Origin: an uncultured Clostridia bacterium
GTDB lineage: Bacteria; Bacillota; Clostridia; UMGS1883
NCBI GenBank assembly: GCA_947630975.1
Contig: CANRJP010000002.1
Location: 1,096 to 65,095, forward strand
DNA length: 64,000 nt
Reading direction: 5' to 3'
Shown here: positions 19,377 through 29,244 of the stretch, piece by piece
Position numbering within the stretch: the first letter of the stretch is position 1
How the letters are laid out: each line of letters begins with the position of its first letter
Position numbers and translations under genes: made by a program
The notes under the pieces: generated by a model
What the model saw: the letters and a program-made list of their open reading frames with translations, nothing else
What the model was told of the DNA's origin: nothing
Database searches by the model: none

Positions 19377-22300
19377 ATGAAGAAATTTTGCGGCGTTATT
19401 TTGACGCTTTGTCTTATACTTTCCTGCGTTACCGCTTTTGGTGCGGGACTCCGAGTTGAGTGGGGCGGCGCTGTTCTTGCTCCCGGCGAGGTGAGCGTTC
19501 GCCTGTTCGGAGCGGACGACGGACTGAGGGCAATTTTGGCCGTATACGGCCCCGACGGCCTTGCCGCCGTGAAAACCGTCGAGGTGGAGAATGCCAGGGC
19601 CGAGCTTGAACTCCTTTTGGGAGATATTGGCCCGGAAAGTCGGGCGAAGCTCTTTCTTTGGGATTACGAAAAGCTGGAGCCGGTCCGCGGAACGCTTTCC
19701 ACCCTTACGCCCGAGGGCGTAATTGACGGCGCGGCCTACAGCGGGCCGGCGCTAGGTTCGGTGAGCGGCACAGTGAAGAACTCCGACGGAAATCCCCTTG
19801 AAAATGTGGATATAAGCCTTTCCGTCGAAGGGTATACGACCAAAACCGCATCTGACGGAACATACGGTTTTACCAATGTGCCTGTGGGCGACTACACCGT
19901 GACCGCCGCCGCTCCCGCCGACATGGAGCCGGTTGGGGAAAATACTTTGACGGTTACTGTTGAGGAGGACAAGACCGCCGCCGCAGATTTCACGTTTAAG
20001 GCGATAATACATTACGGCTCGGTGAGCGGCACGGTGAAGGATTCCGACGGAACTCCCCTTGAAAATGTGGAAATAAGCCTTTCCGCCGAAGGATATACGA
20101 CCAAAACCGCCTCCGACGGCACATACGGCTTTACCGGTGTGCCTGTGGGCGACTACACCGTGACCGCCGCCGCTCCCGCCGATATGGAGCCGGTGGGGGA
20201 AAATACTTTGACGGTTACGGTGGAGGAGGACAAGACCGCCGCCGCAGATTTCACGTTTAAGGCGACAGTACATTACGGCTCGGTGAGCGGCACAGTAAAG
20301 GATTCCGACGGAACGCCTCTTGAAAATGTGGAGGTGAGCCTTTCCGCCGAAGGATATACGACCAAAACCGCCTCCGACGGCACATACGGCTTTACCGGTG
20401 TGCCTGTGGGCGACTACACCGTGACCGCCGCCGCTCCCGCCGATATGGAGCCGGTGGGGGAAAATACTTTGACGGTTACGGTGGAGGAGGACAAGACCGC
20501 CGCCGCAGATTTCACGTTTAAGGCGACAGTACATTACGGCTCGGTGAGCGGCACGGTAAAGGATTCCGACGGAATTCCTTTTGAAAATGTGGAAATAAGC
20601 CTTTCCGCCGAAGGGTATACGACCAAAACCGCATCTGACGGCACATACGGCTTTGATAATGTGCCTGTGGGCGAATACACCGTGACCGCCGCGGCTCCCG
20701 CCGACATGGAGCCGGTGGGAGAAGCCTCCGTCAATGTTACCGTGAAGGAAAATCAGACTTCCACGGCGGACTTTGTTTTCGGCCCCAAGGAGCCGGAGCC
20801 TGAAAAGTGGTACAGCGACAACCAAAAAGTAAATAACGGCTCCAGCATCGGCTATCACAGCTTCGAGGCTCTCGCCGGAGATTACGAGGTTGAGTTTGAG
20901 CTGACCGTTGTCAAAAAAGGCAATAACGCCGTAATGCTCCATGACAGCTCCAAAAATCCTTTGGACTACGAAGGATCTTCTGTAATACTTCTGTTTAACG
21001 GTAATTATTTTTCCGTCAGAAGCGGGGACGGATCGGGAGGTTATACGGCCGAAGCGGTAAATCTCTGTGCCGTAAAGGAAAATGAAACTTATAAAATAAA
21101 GATTTGCGGCGATGCGGCTATGAACACCTATACCGTTTCCGTCACCGGTAAGGACGGCCAAACGCATACCAGCGATATTATGCGTGCCTGGACAAACGGA
21201 GATAAACTGGACTCTCTGGCCTTAATCAGCAACGATCACAATACGGTGGTGAACGGAGACGAATGTTCCGATTATTTGTTTTATGTAACCGGCTGCACGG
21301 CTGAACATATAATTGGCGACCCTGTATATGACGGCTTTGCCGGTCGGTATTTCGCCATAAAGGCCGGAGGAAAGTACGTTCGCGGCAACAACGGCAAGCT
21401 CTCCGCCGACTGGAACAGTGTAAGCGACGACAGCGCCAAGTTCCTGCCCCGCGATATGGGCGACGGCAGCTTTGCTTTCATGTGCCTTTCCTCCAAGAGG
21501 AGGATAACCGCGTCGGACAGCGGGCAGCTTTCCAGCGCGGACTATGACTGTAACGGCGACGGTCAGCACTGGCTCCTTGAGAAGGGCCCGAGTTACAGCG
21601 ACGAGGCTCCCGCCTACTATCTCAAGAGCCTTAAAAATCAAAAATACATAGGCTTAGTAGACGGATTTTTGTCCGCCGTTGACGAGGCCGATAAGGTGGA
21701 GCTCATCTTTGAGCCGCTGAACGACGACAGCCCGCTCTATCTCATTTCCGCATCTCCGGCATATGCGCGTTTGAGCAAAAAGCAGAGGGAACGCATCGAG
21801 ATGATTTACGAAACCGTGGCAGGCGACGTGTTCGACCGCTACAGCAACGATATAATCAGCGCGGAGTGGACGCCCCGGCTCCGAATAGACAATATCTATA
21901 AAGAGGCAAAGGATACTGATGAGGAGCTTTACAAACGGCTCGAGAAATTCCTTAAGGGCGACGATGCCTACCTTATAACCGACGGCGCCATAGCCAACAG
22001 CTATTCCGTTACCACGCCGCTCCCCGGCACCGGCGGCGAGACCTGCGGGCTGGACGGCGGCGTCGCCGGCAGTTATGACTTCTGGCGGGGTACCAAGCTT
22101 CAAGGGACTAAGTATAAGCTCACGGTATACACCGCCGCCGGCAGTGTACAGCAAACCGTTGACCTCTACGTCCAGAACGACGGTACGGCCCGAACCAACG
22201 AACAAAGATTTGTGGAGATTTTCAATAAAATACCCTATATTTACAGAAAGAACATCACCAGCGTCAAGATAAGGAGCGACACCGCCAACAGCTACAACTG

Positions 22301-22673
22301 CGGCTCAAATGATCTGTACATCCGCCTGAATTGGTCCCCCGGCGCGGCTCAGATGCTCTGCACCGTTTGTCACGAGCTGACCCACAGCAATTCCGCCGTC
22401 AACGGCAATTGGGCCGAGGGAGACGGCTGGAGAAACGCCATGAACGATGATATGATATATGTCAGCCCCTACGGAAAATCCAACGCCACCGAGGATTTTG
22501 CCGAGTTCGGACGTCTGTACTTCATTTCCTACGGAAACCGTGACCGCCAGCGGGCGATACAGCTCCTGTTCCCCAACCGTTATGCCTCGTATTACCGCAT
22601 GAGAAATAACAAAAATATGGGCGGCTTCGAGCTTTGGGAGGATACGGAGTATCCGGAATATAGTAATGAATAA
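19377..22673 (+). CDS. large secreted protein: 4x carboxypeptidase-regulatory-like repeats, ricin-B-like (QxW) segment, C-terminal HExxH putative metallopeptidase domain
   Basis: Signal peptide MKKFCGVILTLCLILSCVTAFGAG. Four 85-aa repeats (SGTVKDSDGTPLENV...DGTYGF...GDYTVT). DYDCNGDGQHW motif. CTVCHELTHS motif. Confidence 0.75.
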   Translation: MKKFCGVILTLCLILSCVTAFGAGLRVEWGGAVLAPGEVSVRLFGADDGLRAILAVYGPDGLAAVKTVEVENARAELELLLGDIGPESRAKLFLWDYEKLEPVRGTLSTLTPEGVIDGAAYSGPALGSVSGTVKNSDGNPLENVDISLSVEGYTTKTASDGTYGFTNVPVGDYTVTAAAPADMEPVGENTLTVTVEEDKTAAADFTFKAIIHYGSVSGTVKDSDGTPLENVEISLSAEGYTTKTASDGTYGFTGVPVGDYTVTAAAPADMEPVGENTLTVTVEEDKTAAADFTFKATVHYGSVSGTVKDSDGTPLENVEVSLSAEGYTTKTASDGTYGFTGVPVGDYTVTAAAPADMEPVGENTLTVTVEEDKTAAADFTFKATVHYGSVSGTVKDSDGIPFENVEISLSAEGYTTKTASDGTYGFDNVPVGEYTVTAAAPADMEPVGEASVNVTVKENQTSTADFVFGPKEPEPEKWYSDNQKVNNGSSIGYHSFEALAGDYEVEFELTVVKKGNNAVMLHDSSKNPLDYEGSSVILLFNGNYFSVRSGDGSGGYTAEAVNLCAVKENETYKIKICGDAAMNTYTVSVTGKDGQTHTSDIMRAWTNGDKLDSLALISNDHNTVVNGDECSDYLFYVTGCTAEHIIGDPVYDGFAGRYFAIKAGGKYVRGNNGKLSADWNSVSDDSAKFLPRDMGDGSFAFMCLSSKRRITASDSGQLSSADYDCNGDGQHWLLEKGPSYSDEAPAYYLKSLKNQKYIGLVDGFLSAVDEADKVELIFEPLNDDSPLYLISASPAYARLSKKQRERIEMIYETVAGDVFDRYSNDIISAEWTPRLRIDNIYKEAKDTDEELYKRLEKFLKGDDAYLITDGAIANSYSVTTPLPGTGGETCGLDGGVAGSYDFWRGTKLQGTKYKLTVYTAAGSVQQTVDLYVQNDGTARTNEQRFVEIFNKIPYIYRKNITSVKIRSDTANSYNCGSNDLYIRLNWSPGAAQMLCTVCHELTHSNSAVNGNWAEGDGWRNAMNDDMIYVSPYGKSNATEDFAEFGRLYFISYGNRDRQRAIQLLFPNRYASYYRMRNNKNMGGFELWEDTEYPEYSNE
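19745..20780 (+). repeat. four near-identical 255-bp in-frame tandem repeats inside the CDS
   Basis: Stretches of >100 bp are identical between units (for example around 20160 and 20400). Confidence 0.85.
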
Positions 22674-22679
22674 AAATGA

Positions 22680-23224
22680 GGGGCCGTAAAAAAATGGCGC
22701 AGAACGTTCAAGGGCATAAAGTCTTTATTTAAGGCAAATTGTAGAACGTTATATAATCGTTCAGTAAAAACAAAATAGTGAATTAATGTAGAAAATTCGC
22801 TCTAACGAGCGAATTTTTTCATTTTATGCCCTTGAACTACGAACGAAAATCACCCTCGGCGGCGTCGGGGCAAAGCCCGTCTATGCGACGACATTTTTTA
22901 CAAAAATGCCGTCGCGCGAGGACTTGCCCCTCCTTCCTCGCAAAAGGTCACGCGGCGCTCCGACTATTCGGGCGGATAAGCCGCCCTCATTACGCCTGCG
23001 CTTGCTACCAACCTTTTGCGAGTTTGATAGCACCACTCCCCACAAACAACAAAGTTGTTTGTGGGGAAAAGGAGGAGCAGCCAAACGAGCCAAACGGTGA
23101 CTTTTTTGCGAAGCATAAAAAGTCGCCGCAAGCGAAGGGAGGCTTGCGACGACGCCGTTCTGCACGATTTTTTCGACCGGCCCCGTGCCTCCATGTTACA
23201 GAGCGAGTTTTTTTTACAACCCCC
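22680..23224. mobile_element. ~530-bp TIR-bounded non-autonomous repeat element, copy 1
   Basis: TIRs GGGGCCGTAAAAAAA / TTTTTTTTACAACCCC. Internal perfect palindrome CCCCACAAACAAC-AAAG-TTGTTTGTGGGG. Nested IR GTTCAAGGGCATAAA / TTTATGCCCTTGAAC. Two more copies elsewhere in the window. Confidence 0.7.
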
Positions 23225-23300
23225 TTTTTTATCTGTCATTGTTACCGTAAATTTATGATTTTAAATCAGTATTATTATACACTCTTGACATTCATTTCGC
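23222..23300. repeat. 85-bp flank module, copy 2
   Basis: Aligns with 19193-19290. Confidence 0.5.
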
Positions 23301-23357
23301 AAATTGATATAATTTATATCATGATATTCCTCTTTTGAATAACCGGAAGTGATTTTT

Positions 23358-23564
23358 ATGGAAATACGGACTTTGCGGTATTTTCCGGCGGCGGCCGGAG
23401 AAGAAAACATGACCAGTGCGGCGCAAATTCTCCACGTCGAACCGAGACCGGAAACCGGTATATATCTTATCCGAAAAAAGCATCGGCCTTTCACGCCCGT
23501 AGCCAAAAGCTTACTTGAAAAGATCCGATCCGGCTTCGGCGGAAAGGAGGCGGGCCGGCCGTGA
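23358..23564 (+). pseudogene. LysR-family N-terminal HTH remnant (truncated, ~69 aa)
   Basis: MEIRTLRYF...ENMTSAAQILHV resembles the LysR HTH consensus (MELRHLRYF...NFTRAAE.LHVSQP). The co-inducer-binding domain is absent. Confidence 0.35.
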
Positions 23565-25279
23565 AATGGCTGTATGCTTATTTCAAGCCCTTTCGGGGCA
23601 GGATAGGGCTTGAACTTTTTATAAAGACCGTGGCCACCTTGATGGATCTTTGCATACCGTGGATACTGGGACACATAATCGATGTTGTCATACCTTCCCG
23701 CAGCATTGGCCTGATAGCGGTTTGGGGCACGCTGATGATAGTTTGTTCCATAGTCTGCGTGGCGGGCAACATTTCCGCCAACAGGCTGGCGGCCTCCGTT
23801 GCACGGGACACTACGCGGAATATCCGTCATGACCTTTTCGCGAGAATAATGTCGCTGTCCTCCGCCCGGACGGACAGCTTTACGGCGGCCTCGCTGGTAT
23901 CGCGGATAACCGACGATACCTACAACATCAACAACATGACCGGTCGGCTACTTCGGCTTGGCATACGGGCGCCCATACTTCTGGTGGGCGGAATGGCGAT
24001 AACGCTGTCTATGGACGTTCCTCTGGCGCTGGTCTGGATAGCGGTGCTGCCCGCGGCCATAGGTATATTCATAGCCGTATCCGTTCACGGCGTGCCCCTG
24101 TTTTCACGGCTGCAAAGCTCGGTTGACAAAATGGTGCAGGTGATAAGGGAAAACATTTCCGGCGTGCGGGTGATCAAGGCTCTGTCGCGCACCGATTACG
24201 AAAAACAGCGGTTTTCATGGGTGAACGACGAGGTGTCGGCCAATGAGGAAAAAGCGAACATCTCCATGGGTCTGACTAATCCGGCCATAAATATGCTGCT
24301 GAACATAGCTCTTTCAATGGTGATTTTCGTCGGAGCCTACCGCGTCAACGCCGGTAGGACGGGCGTTGGCACCATTGTGGCCTTTACCTCATATTTTGCG
24401 GTGATTTTGAACGCCGTGCTGGGCATAACCCGCATTTTCGTCACCGTGAGCCGTGCCGCGGCCTCGGCCAAGCGCGTGGGCAGCGTGCTGTACGACGAAG
24501 CGGATTTGCTTAAAGAGGAGTCCGACGAGACCGCCCGGGCCTTTATATGCTTCCGCGGCGTGGGCTTTTCTTATAACAAAAACAGAGAAAATCTCAGCGA
24601 TATCGACTTCGAGCTGAACAGGGGAGAGACCCTCGGCATTATCGGCCCCACCGGCTCGGGAAAAACCACTCTCATAAATCTGCTCATGCGGTTTTACGAC
24701 ACGGACAGGGGCGCGGTGCTTATCGGCGGCCGTGACGTGCGGACCTATGACAGCGGCGAGCTGCGGAGTAAGTTCGGCGTGGTGTTCCAGAACGACATTC
24801 TTTTCGCCGACAGCGTAAGGAACAATGTTGACTTTGGCCGCTCCCTGCCGGAGGAGGACATAAACCTCGCCCTCGAATGCGCTCAGGCCACGGACTTTGT
24901 GAACGGACTGCCCAAGGGCATAGACACGGTGCTCAACCCCAAGGGCAACGACCTCTCCGGCGGACAGAAGCAGCGGCTGCTTATCGCCAGAGCTCTGGCG
25001 TCGAAGCCGGAAATACTGATTTTGGACGACTCGTCCTCGGCTCTGGATTACAGGACCGACGCCGCTCTCCGTGAGGCGTTGAGGTCGAGCTACGCCGGCT
25101 CCACGGTGATAACCGTGGCCCAGCGGATAAGCTCGGTCAAGGATATGGACAAAATAATCTTTCTTGACAACGGAAGGATCGAGGGCCTCGGCACTCATGA
25201 GGAACTCATGAAAAACTGCGCAATGTACCGCGAGACCGCCGAGCTTCAGATGGGGAGGGATATAAATGCCGCTGAGTGA
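23561..25279 (+). CDS. ABC exporter permease/ATPase fusion (pair 2, subunit 1)
   Basis: GTG start. TM domain followed by Walker A (GPTGSGKTT), signature (LSGGQKQRLLIARAL), Walker B (ILILDDSSSALD). Confidence 0.85.
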   Translation: MKWLYAYFKPFRGRIGLELFIKTVATLMDLCIPWILGHIIDVVIPSRSIGLIAVWGTLMIVCSIVCVAGNISANRLAASVARDTTRNIRHDLFARIMSLSSARTDSFTAASLVSRITDDTYNINNMTGRLLRLGIRAPILLVGGMAITLSMDVPLALVWIAVLPAAIGIFIAVSVHGVPLFSRLQSSVDKMVQVIRENISGVRVIKALSRTDYEKQRFSWVNDEVSANEEKANISMGLTNPAINMLLNIALSMVIFVGAYRVNAGRTGVGTIVAFTSYFAVILNAVLGITRIFVTVSRAAASAKRVGSVLYDEADLLKEESDETARAFICFRGVGFSYNKNRENLSDIDFELNRGETLGIIGPTGSGKTTLINLLMRFYDTDRGAVLIGGRDVRTYDSGELRSKFGVVFQNDILFADSVRNNVDFGRSLPEEDINLALECAQATDFVNGLPKGIDTVLNPKGNDLSGGQKQRLLIARALASKPEILILDDSSSALDYRTDAALREALRSSYAGSTVITVAQRISSVKDMDKIIFLDNGRIEGLGTHEELMKNCAMYRETAELQMGRDINAAE

Positions 25280-27029
25280 CAAAACCGAAAGGCCGAAGGA
25301 TATAAGGTATGTGCTGAAACGGCTCTGGTCCTATCTCATGAAGTACAGGCTCTGGCTGTTGGCGGCGCTGGGGCTGAACGCCCTGTCCAACATTTTCAAC
25401 CTGATCGGGCCGGTGCTCTCCGGCTCGGCCATCGACGCCATAAAGCCCGACGGAGGCACGGACTTTGCCGCCGTGGGAAGATACGTGGCCCTGATGATAG
25501 TTTTTTACATACTTTCCTCCCTGCTGTCATATCTTCTTTCGGTGCTGATGATCCATCTGGGACGGAAGATAACCTACGCCATGCGTCAGGACGCCTTTGA
25601 CTCCCTGGCCTCGCTGCCGGTGAACTATTTTGACCGGAGCTACGCCGGAAGTATAATCAGCAAGCTCTCCTACGACATCGACACGGTGAACACCTCCCTT
25701 TCCTCCGATTTGATACAGATCTTTACCAGCGCGATAACCATCGTCGGCGCCTTCGTTATGATGCTTGCCATAGCGCCGGTCATGGTGGCGGTGTTCGCCG
25801 TCACGATTCCGCTCTCCGTTGCGGTCACGGGCTTTATCACAAAAAAGGTGCACCCGCTGTTTAAAAGGCGCTCGGCGGCGCTGGGCGAGCTGAACGGCTA
25901 CGCCGAGGAAATGATAACCGGACAAAAGACCGTTCGGGCCTACTGCGCCGAGGAGGAAATGACAGGCCGCTTCGACGTGAGAAATGAGGAGGCCTGCCGC
26001 TCGTTCTATAACGCCGAATACTACGGCAGTATGTCCGGCCCGTCGATGAACTTTATAAACAACCTTTCCCTTTCGTTTATAAGCATTTTCGGCGCGGTGC
26101 TCTATATGCTGGGCAGGATAAGCATAGGCAAAATTTCATCATTCGTCCTTTATTCCCGCAAGTTTGCCGGCCCCATCAACGAGGTAGCCAACATCATCAA
26201 CGAGCTTCAGTCCGCCTGTGCCGCGGCGGAGCGTGTGTTCCGGCTCATCGACGAGGAAAAGGAGGACGCCAATGACGCCGTTGATAAGGACGCGTCCGTA
26301 AGCCGTACCGACGTGAGCATCGACCGGGTGCGTTTCGGTTACGCTCCCGACAGGCCGGTGATACACGACCTGAACCTTGAGGTGGGAGAGGGAGCCATGA
26401 TAGCTATCACCGGCCCCACCGGCGCGGGCAAGACAACCGTAATCAACCTGCTCATGCGGTTTTACGACCCGGACAGCGGCACAATATCCGTGGGCGGTGT
26501 GGATATCCGCTCCGTCAGCCGTGACGATTTGCGCCGGCTCTACGCCATGGTGCTTCAGGACACATGGCTGTTCAACGGCACCGTTTACGAAAATATAGCC
26601 TACGGACGGCCCGGAGCCACGGCCGATGAGGTGGAGGCCGCCGCAAGGTCGGCCATGATACACGAGTTTATCATTCGCCTGCCCCAAGGCTACAACACCG
26701 TTCTCAGCGAAAACGGGATAAATATTTCAAAGGGGCAGAAGCAGCTCCTCACCATAGCGCGGGCCATGCTTTGCGACGCGAAAATGCTGATTTTGGACGA
26801 GGCCACCTCAAACGTGGATACCCGAACGGAAAAATACATTTATACCGCCATGCGCAAGCTTATGAGGGACAAGACCTGCTTCGTCATAGCCCATCGGCTG
26901 TCCACAATTCAGAACGCCGACAAAATACTCGTAATAAACAACGGCGACATCACCGAGACCGGCACCCATGACGAGCTCATGGCGAAGCGGGGCGACTATT
27001 ACAGGATGTATATGTCGCAGTACAAATAG
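25266..27029 (+). CDS. ABC exporter permease/ATPase fusion (pair 2, subunit 2)
   Basis: Walker A (GPTGAGKTT), signature (ISKGQKQLLTIARAM), Walker B (MLILDEATSNVD). Overlaps the previous gene. Confidence 0.85.
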   Translation: MPLSDKTERPKDIRYVLKRLWSYLMKYRLWLLAALGLNALSNIFNLIGPVLSGSAIDAIKPDGGTDFAAVGRYVALMIVFYILSSLLSYLLSVLMIHLGRKITYAMRQDAFDSLASLPVNYFDRSYAGSIISKLSYDIDTVNTSLSSDLIQIFTSAITIVGAFVMMLAIAPVMVAVFAVTIPLSVAVTGFITKKVHPLFKRRSAALGELNGYAEEMITGQKTVRAYCAEEEMTGRFDVRNEEACRSFYNAEYYGSMSGPSMNFINNLSLSFISIFGAVLYMLGRISIGKISSFVLYSRKFAGPINEVANIINELQSACAAAERVFRLIDEEKEDANDAVDKDASVSRTDVSIDRVRFGYAPDRPVIHDLNLEVGEGAMIAITGPTGAGKTTVINLLMRFYDPDSGTISVGGVDIRSVSRDDLRRLYAMVLQDTWLFNGTVYENIAYGRPGATADEVEAAARSAMIHEFIIRLPQGYNTVLSENGINISKGQKQLLTIARAMLCDAKMLILDEATSNVDTRTEKYIYTAMRKLMRDKTCFVIAHRLSTIQNADKILVINNGDITETGTHDELMAKRGDYYRMYMSQYK

Positions 27030-27038
27030 GAGGAAATT

Positions 27039-27536
27039 ATGGCTAAGGTAACGCTTATGTGCGGCAGGATATGCAGCGGAAAGAGCACGTATGCACAAAA
27101 ATTGAGGAGGGAAAACAGGGCCGTGCTGCTTTCGGTGGACGAGATAACGCTGGCTCTTTTCGGCCAAAATGTCGGCGACAGGCACGACGAATATGTTGAA
27201 AAGCTGGAAAGCTACCTCTTCTCAAAGTCGCTTGAGATCGTGGAAACAGGCACGAATGCGGTGTTCGACATCGGGCTTTGGACAAGGCGTGAGCGCGACA
27301 GCGCGAGGGAATTTTACCGTTCGCATAATGTTGAATACGAGCTGGTATATATCGACGTGGACGACGGCGAGTGGCGGCGGCGCATCGAGAAGAGAAACAG
27401 GGCGGTGCTGGCCGGGGAGACCGACGCATATTATGTGGACGACGGTCTGGCGGCGAAGTTCGCCGGCTTGTTCGAGAAGCCCGGCCCCGACGAGAAAGAC
27501 ATAAATTTTATAGAATGGAGAAATTGTAATGAATGA
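27039..27536 (+). CDS. P-loop kinase-like ATPase (AAA_33 / zeta-toxin-like fold)
   Basis: Walker A GRICSGKST at the N-terminus. Size 165 aa. Confidence 0.55.
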   Translation: MAKVTLMCGRICSGKSTYAQKLRRENRAVLLSVDEITLALFGQNVGDRHDEYVEKLESYLFSKSLEIVETGTNAVFDIGLWTRRERDSAREFYRSHNVEYELVYIDVDDGEWRRRIEKRNRAVLAGETDAYYVDDGLAAKFAGLFEKPGPDEKDINFIEWRNCNE

Positions 27537-27849
27537 CAGTAAAACGACGGTTTCGGAGATAAAGGAGTTTATCCGTGATTTCTGCACGAAAAGGAATTGG
27601 AAAATGCGGGTTCTCAACACCGCCATAAGCGTAAATCTTGAGGCGGCGGAGCTGCTGGAAATTTTCCAGTGGTGCGACAAAAGCGAGGCGGAAAAAATCG
27701 CGAGGGAAACGGACAGGGAGCACTTTGTTGAGGAGCTGGCCGACGTGATGATATACTGCACACAGTTGGCTATCGCCTGCGATGTGGATATAGCCTCGGC
27801 GATAGAGGATAAGATGAGGAAGAACGCCTTAAAATATCCTCTTGATTGA
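27529..27849 (+). CDS. MazG-like nucleotide pyrophosphohydrolase domain protein
   Basis: Motifs LEAAELLE...W and EELADVMIY are typical of small MazG/YpjD-type NTP-PPases. Overlaps the upstream kinase gene by 8 nt. Confidence 0.55.
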   Translation: MNDSKTTVSEIKEFIRDFCTKRNWKMRVLNTAISVNLEAAELLEIFQWCDKSEAEKIARETDREHFVEELADVMIYCTQLAIACDVDIASAIEDKMRKNALKYPLD

Positions 27850-27860
27850 CCCGAAATATA

Positions 27861-27889
27861 TTGACTAAAACGGTGAAAAGTGGTATAAT
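27861..27889 (+). promoter_or_regulatory. consensus promoter TTGACT-17-TATAAT
   Basis: Hexamers read directly from the sequence, ~40 nt upstream of the HD-GYP gene. Confidence 0.5.
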
Positions 27890-27928
27890 AAACAGACGTA
27901 AGCATATATAATGTGAGGTGTGGGAGTT

Positions 27929-28609
27929 ATGTGGTTCAACGACAAGAACGCCCTTGTGGGCAAGCGGTTCCGTACCACGGCGGACACAAAGGAACTGCTG
28001 GAGCTTCACGGCCTTCTGGCGGAGAGCTTTGCTTCGCGGGCGGAGGACAGGGCCGGTAACGCCGAGGAGCACATCCGGAGGGTAAAACAGCTCACCGGAA
28101 TTTTGGTTCGGGCCATGCTTGATAACGATTATCCCGAATTTACGGCGGAATATGCCGACAATATAATACTGGCTTCCCCACTCCACGACATCGGCAAAAT
28201 AACCGTTCGGGACGAAATACTTAAAAAGGGCGACAAGCTCACCTCCGGCGAAAGCGGAGAACTGATGAACCATACTCTTGCTGGCAGCGAGATCCTCCAC
28301 GAGCTGGCGGAGGCGGTGGGCGGCGGCACCTATATAGCCGTCGCGGCGGTAATAGCCCGTTACCACCATGAGCGCTGGAACGGCTGCGGTTATCCCGACC
28401 GGCTACGGGGCGAGGCCATACCCCTTGCCGCCCGTATAATGTCGATAGTCGACAGCTTCGACTGCCTTGCCGCGGGCTGCCCGTACAGCAAAAAGGTGGG
28501 CGTTGACGGAGCGGCGGAGCTGCTGCGAAAATTTGCCGGCGAGTACTACGACCCGGCTCTGACGGATATGTTCCTGACGAAGATGGACGCGATCAGAGAA
28601 TTATATTGA
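27929..28609 (+). CDS. HD-GYP domain phosphodiesterase
   Basis: HDIGK, RYHHERWNGCGYP and GYP-type motifs. A GTG at 27920 is an alternative start. Confidence 0.8.
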   Translation: MWFNDKNALVGKRFRTTADTKELLELHGLLAESFASRAEDRAGNAEEHIRRVKQLTGILVRAMLDNDYPEFTAEYADNIILASPLHDIGKITVRDEILKKGDKLTSGESGELMNHTLAGSEILHELAEAVGGGTYIAVAAVIARYHHERWNGCGYPDRLRGEAIPLAARIMSIVDSFDCLAAGCPYSKKVGVDGAAELLRKFAGEYYDPALTDMFLTKMDAIRELY

Positions 28610-28625
28610 GAAAGGTTGGTAAAAT

Positions 28626-29240
28626 ATGAAGGTACTGCTTGTTAACGGAAGTCCTCATAAGGAGGGCTGCACCTATACGGCTCTCTGCGAGGTGGCGAAG
28701 GGTTTGGCCGACGGCGGAGTTGAGAGCGAGATCTTTCAGGCCGGAGCCACGGCAAAGGGCTGTCTTGGCTGCGGCTACTGCCGCAAGGCGGGCAAATGCG
28801 TGACGAATGACTGCGTGAACGAAATACTGCCCCGGCTTGAGGAGTTTGACGGCCTTGTTATCGGCTCGCCCGTTCACTACGCCGCCGCCGGCGGAGCCGC
28901 CACGTCTTTTATGGATAGGCTTTTCTACGCCGGGGGCGGAAAGTTGAGATTTAAGGTGGGCGCAGCCATCGCCAGCGCCCGGCGGGCGGGCACTACCGCC
29001 ACGGTAGACCAGCTTTTGAAATATTTCACCATCAACAATATGCCTGTTGTCAGCTCCAACTACTGGCCCATGGTTCACGGCAACAGCCCCGCCGAGGTGG
29101 CGCAGGATATAGAGGGACTTCAAACCATGCGGATATTGGGGCGGAACATGGCCTGGCTGATAAAGTGTATAAAGCTGGGTGAGGAGAACGGCCTGACGCC
29201 CGAACTTGAAGATAAAATTTATACTAATTTTATAAGGTGA
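28626..29240 (+). CDS. flavodoxin-like fold NAD(P)H-dependent FMN reductase / iron-sulfur flavoprotein-like
   Basis: MKVLLVNGSPHKEG N-terminus with a Cys cluster (CLGCGYCRKAGKC). Confidence 0.6.
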   Translation: MKVLLVNGSPHKEGCTYTALCEVAKGLADGGVESEIFQAGATAKGCLGCGYCRKAGKCVTNDCVNEILPRLEEFDGLVIGSPVHYAAAGGAATSFMDRLFYAGGGKLRFKVGAAIASARRAGTTATVDQLLKYFTINNMPVVSSNYWPMVHGNSPAEVAQDIEGLQTMRILGRNMAWLIKCIKLGEENGLTPELEDKIYTNFIR

Positions 29241-29244
29241 AATT

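Noticed and set aside
22826-23338. ORFs of 97-170 aa inside the three copies of the 530-bp repeat (22826-23338+, 38034-38453-, 56057-56350-).
   Set aside because: Their similarity comes from DNA identity. Indels between copies break the frame (copy 3 diverges to RGEPRFDFSNRNKRY), and they span perfect palindromes, so they are non-coding.
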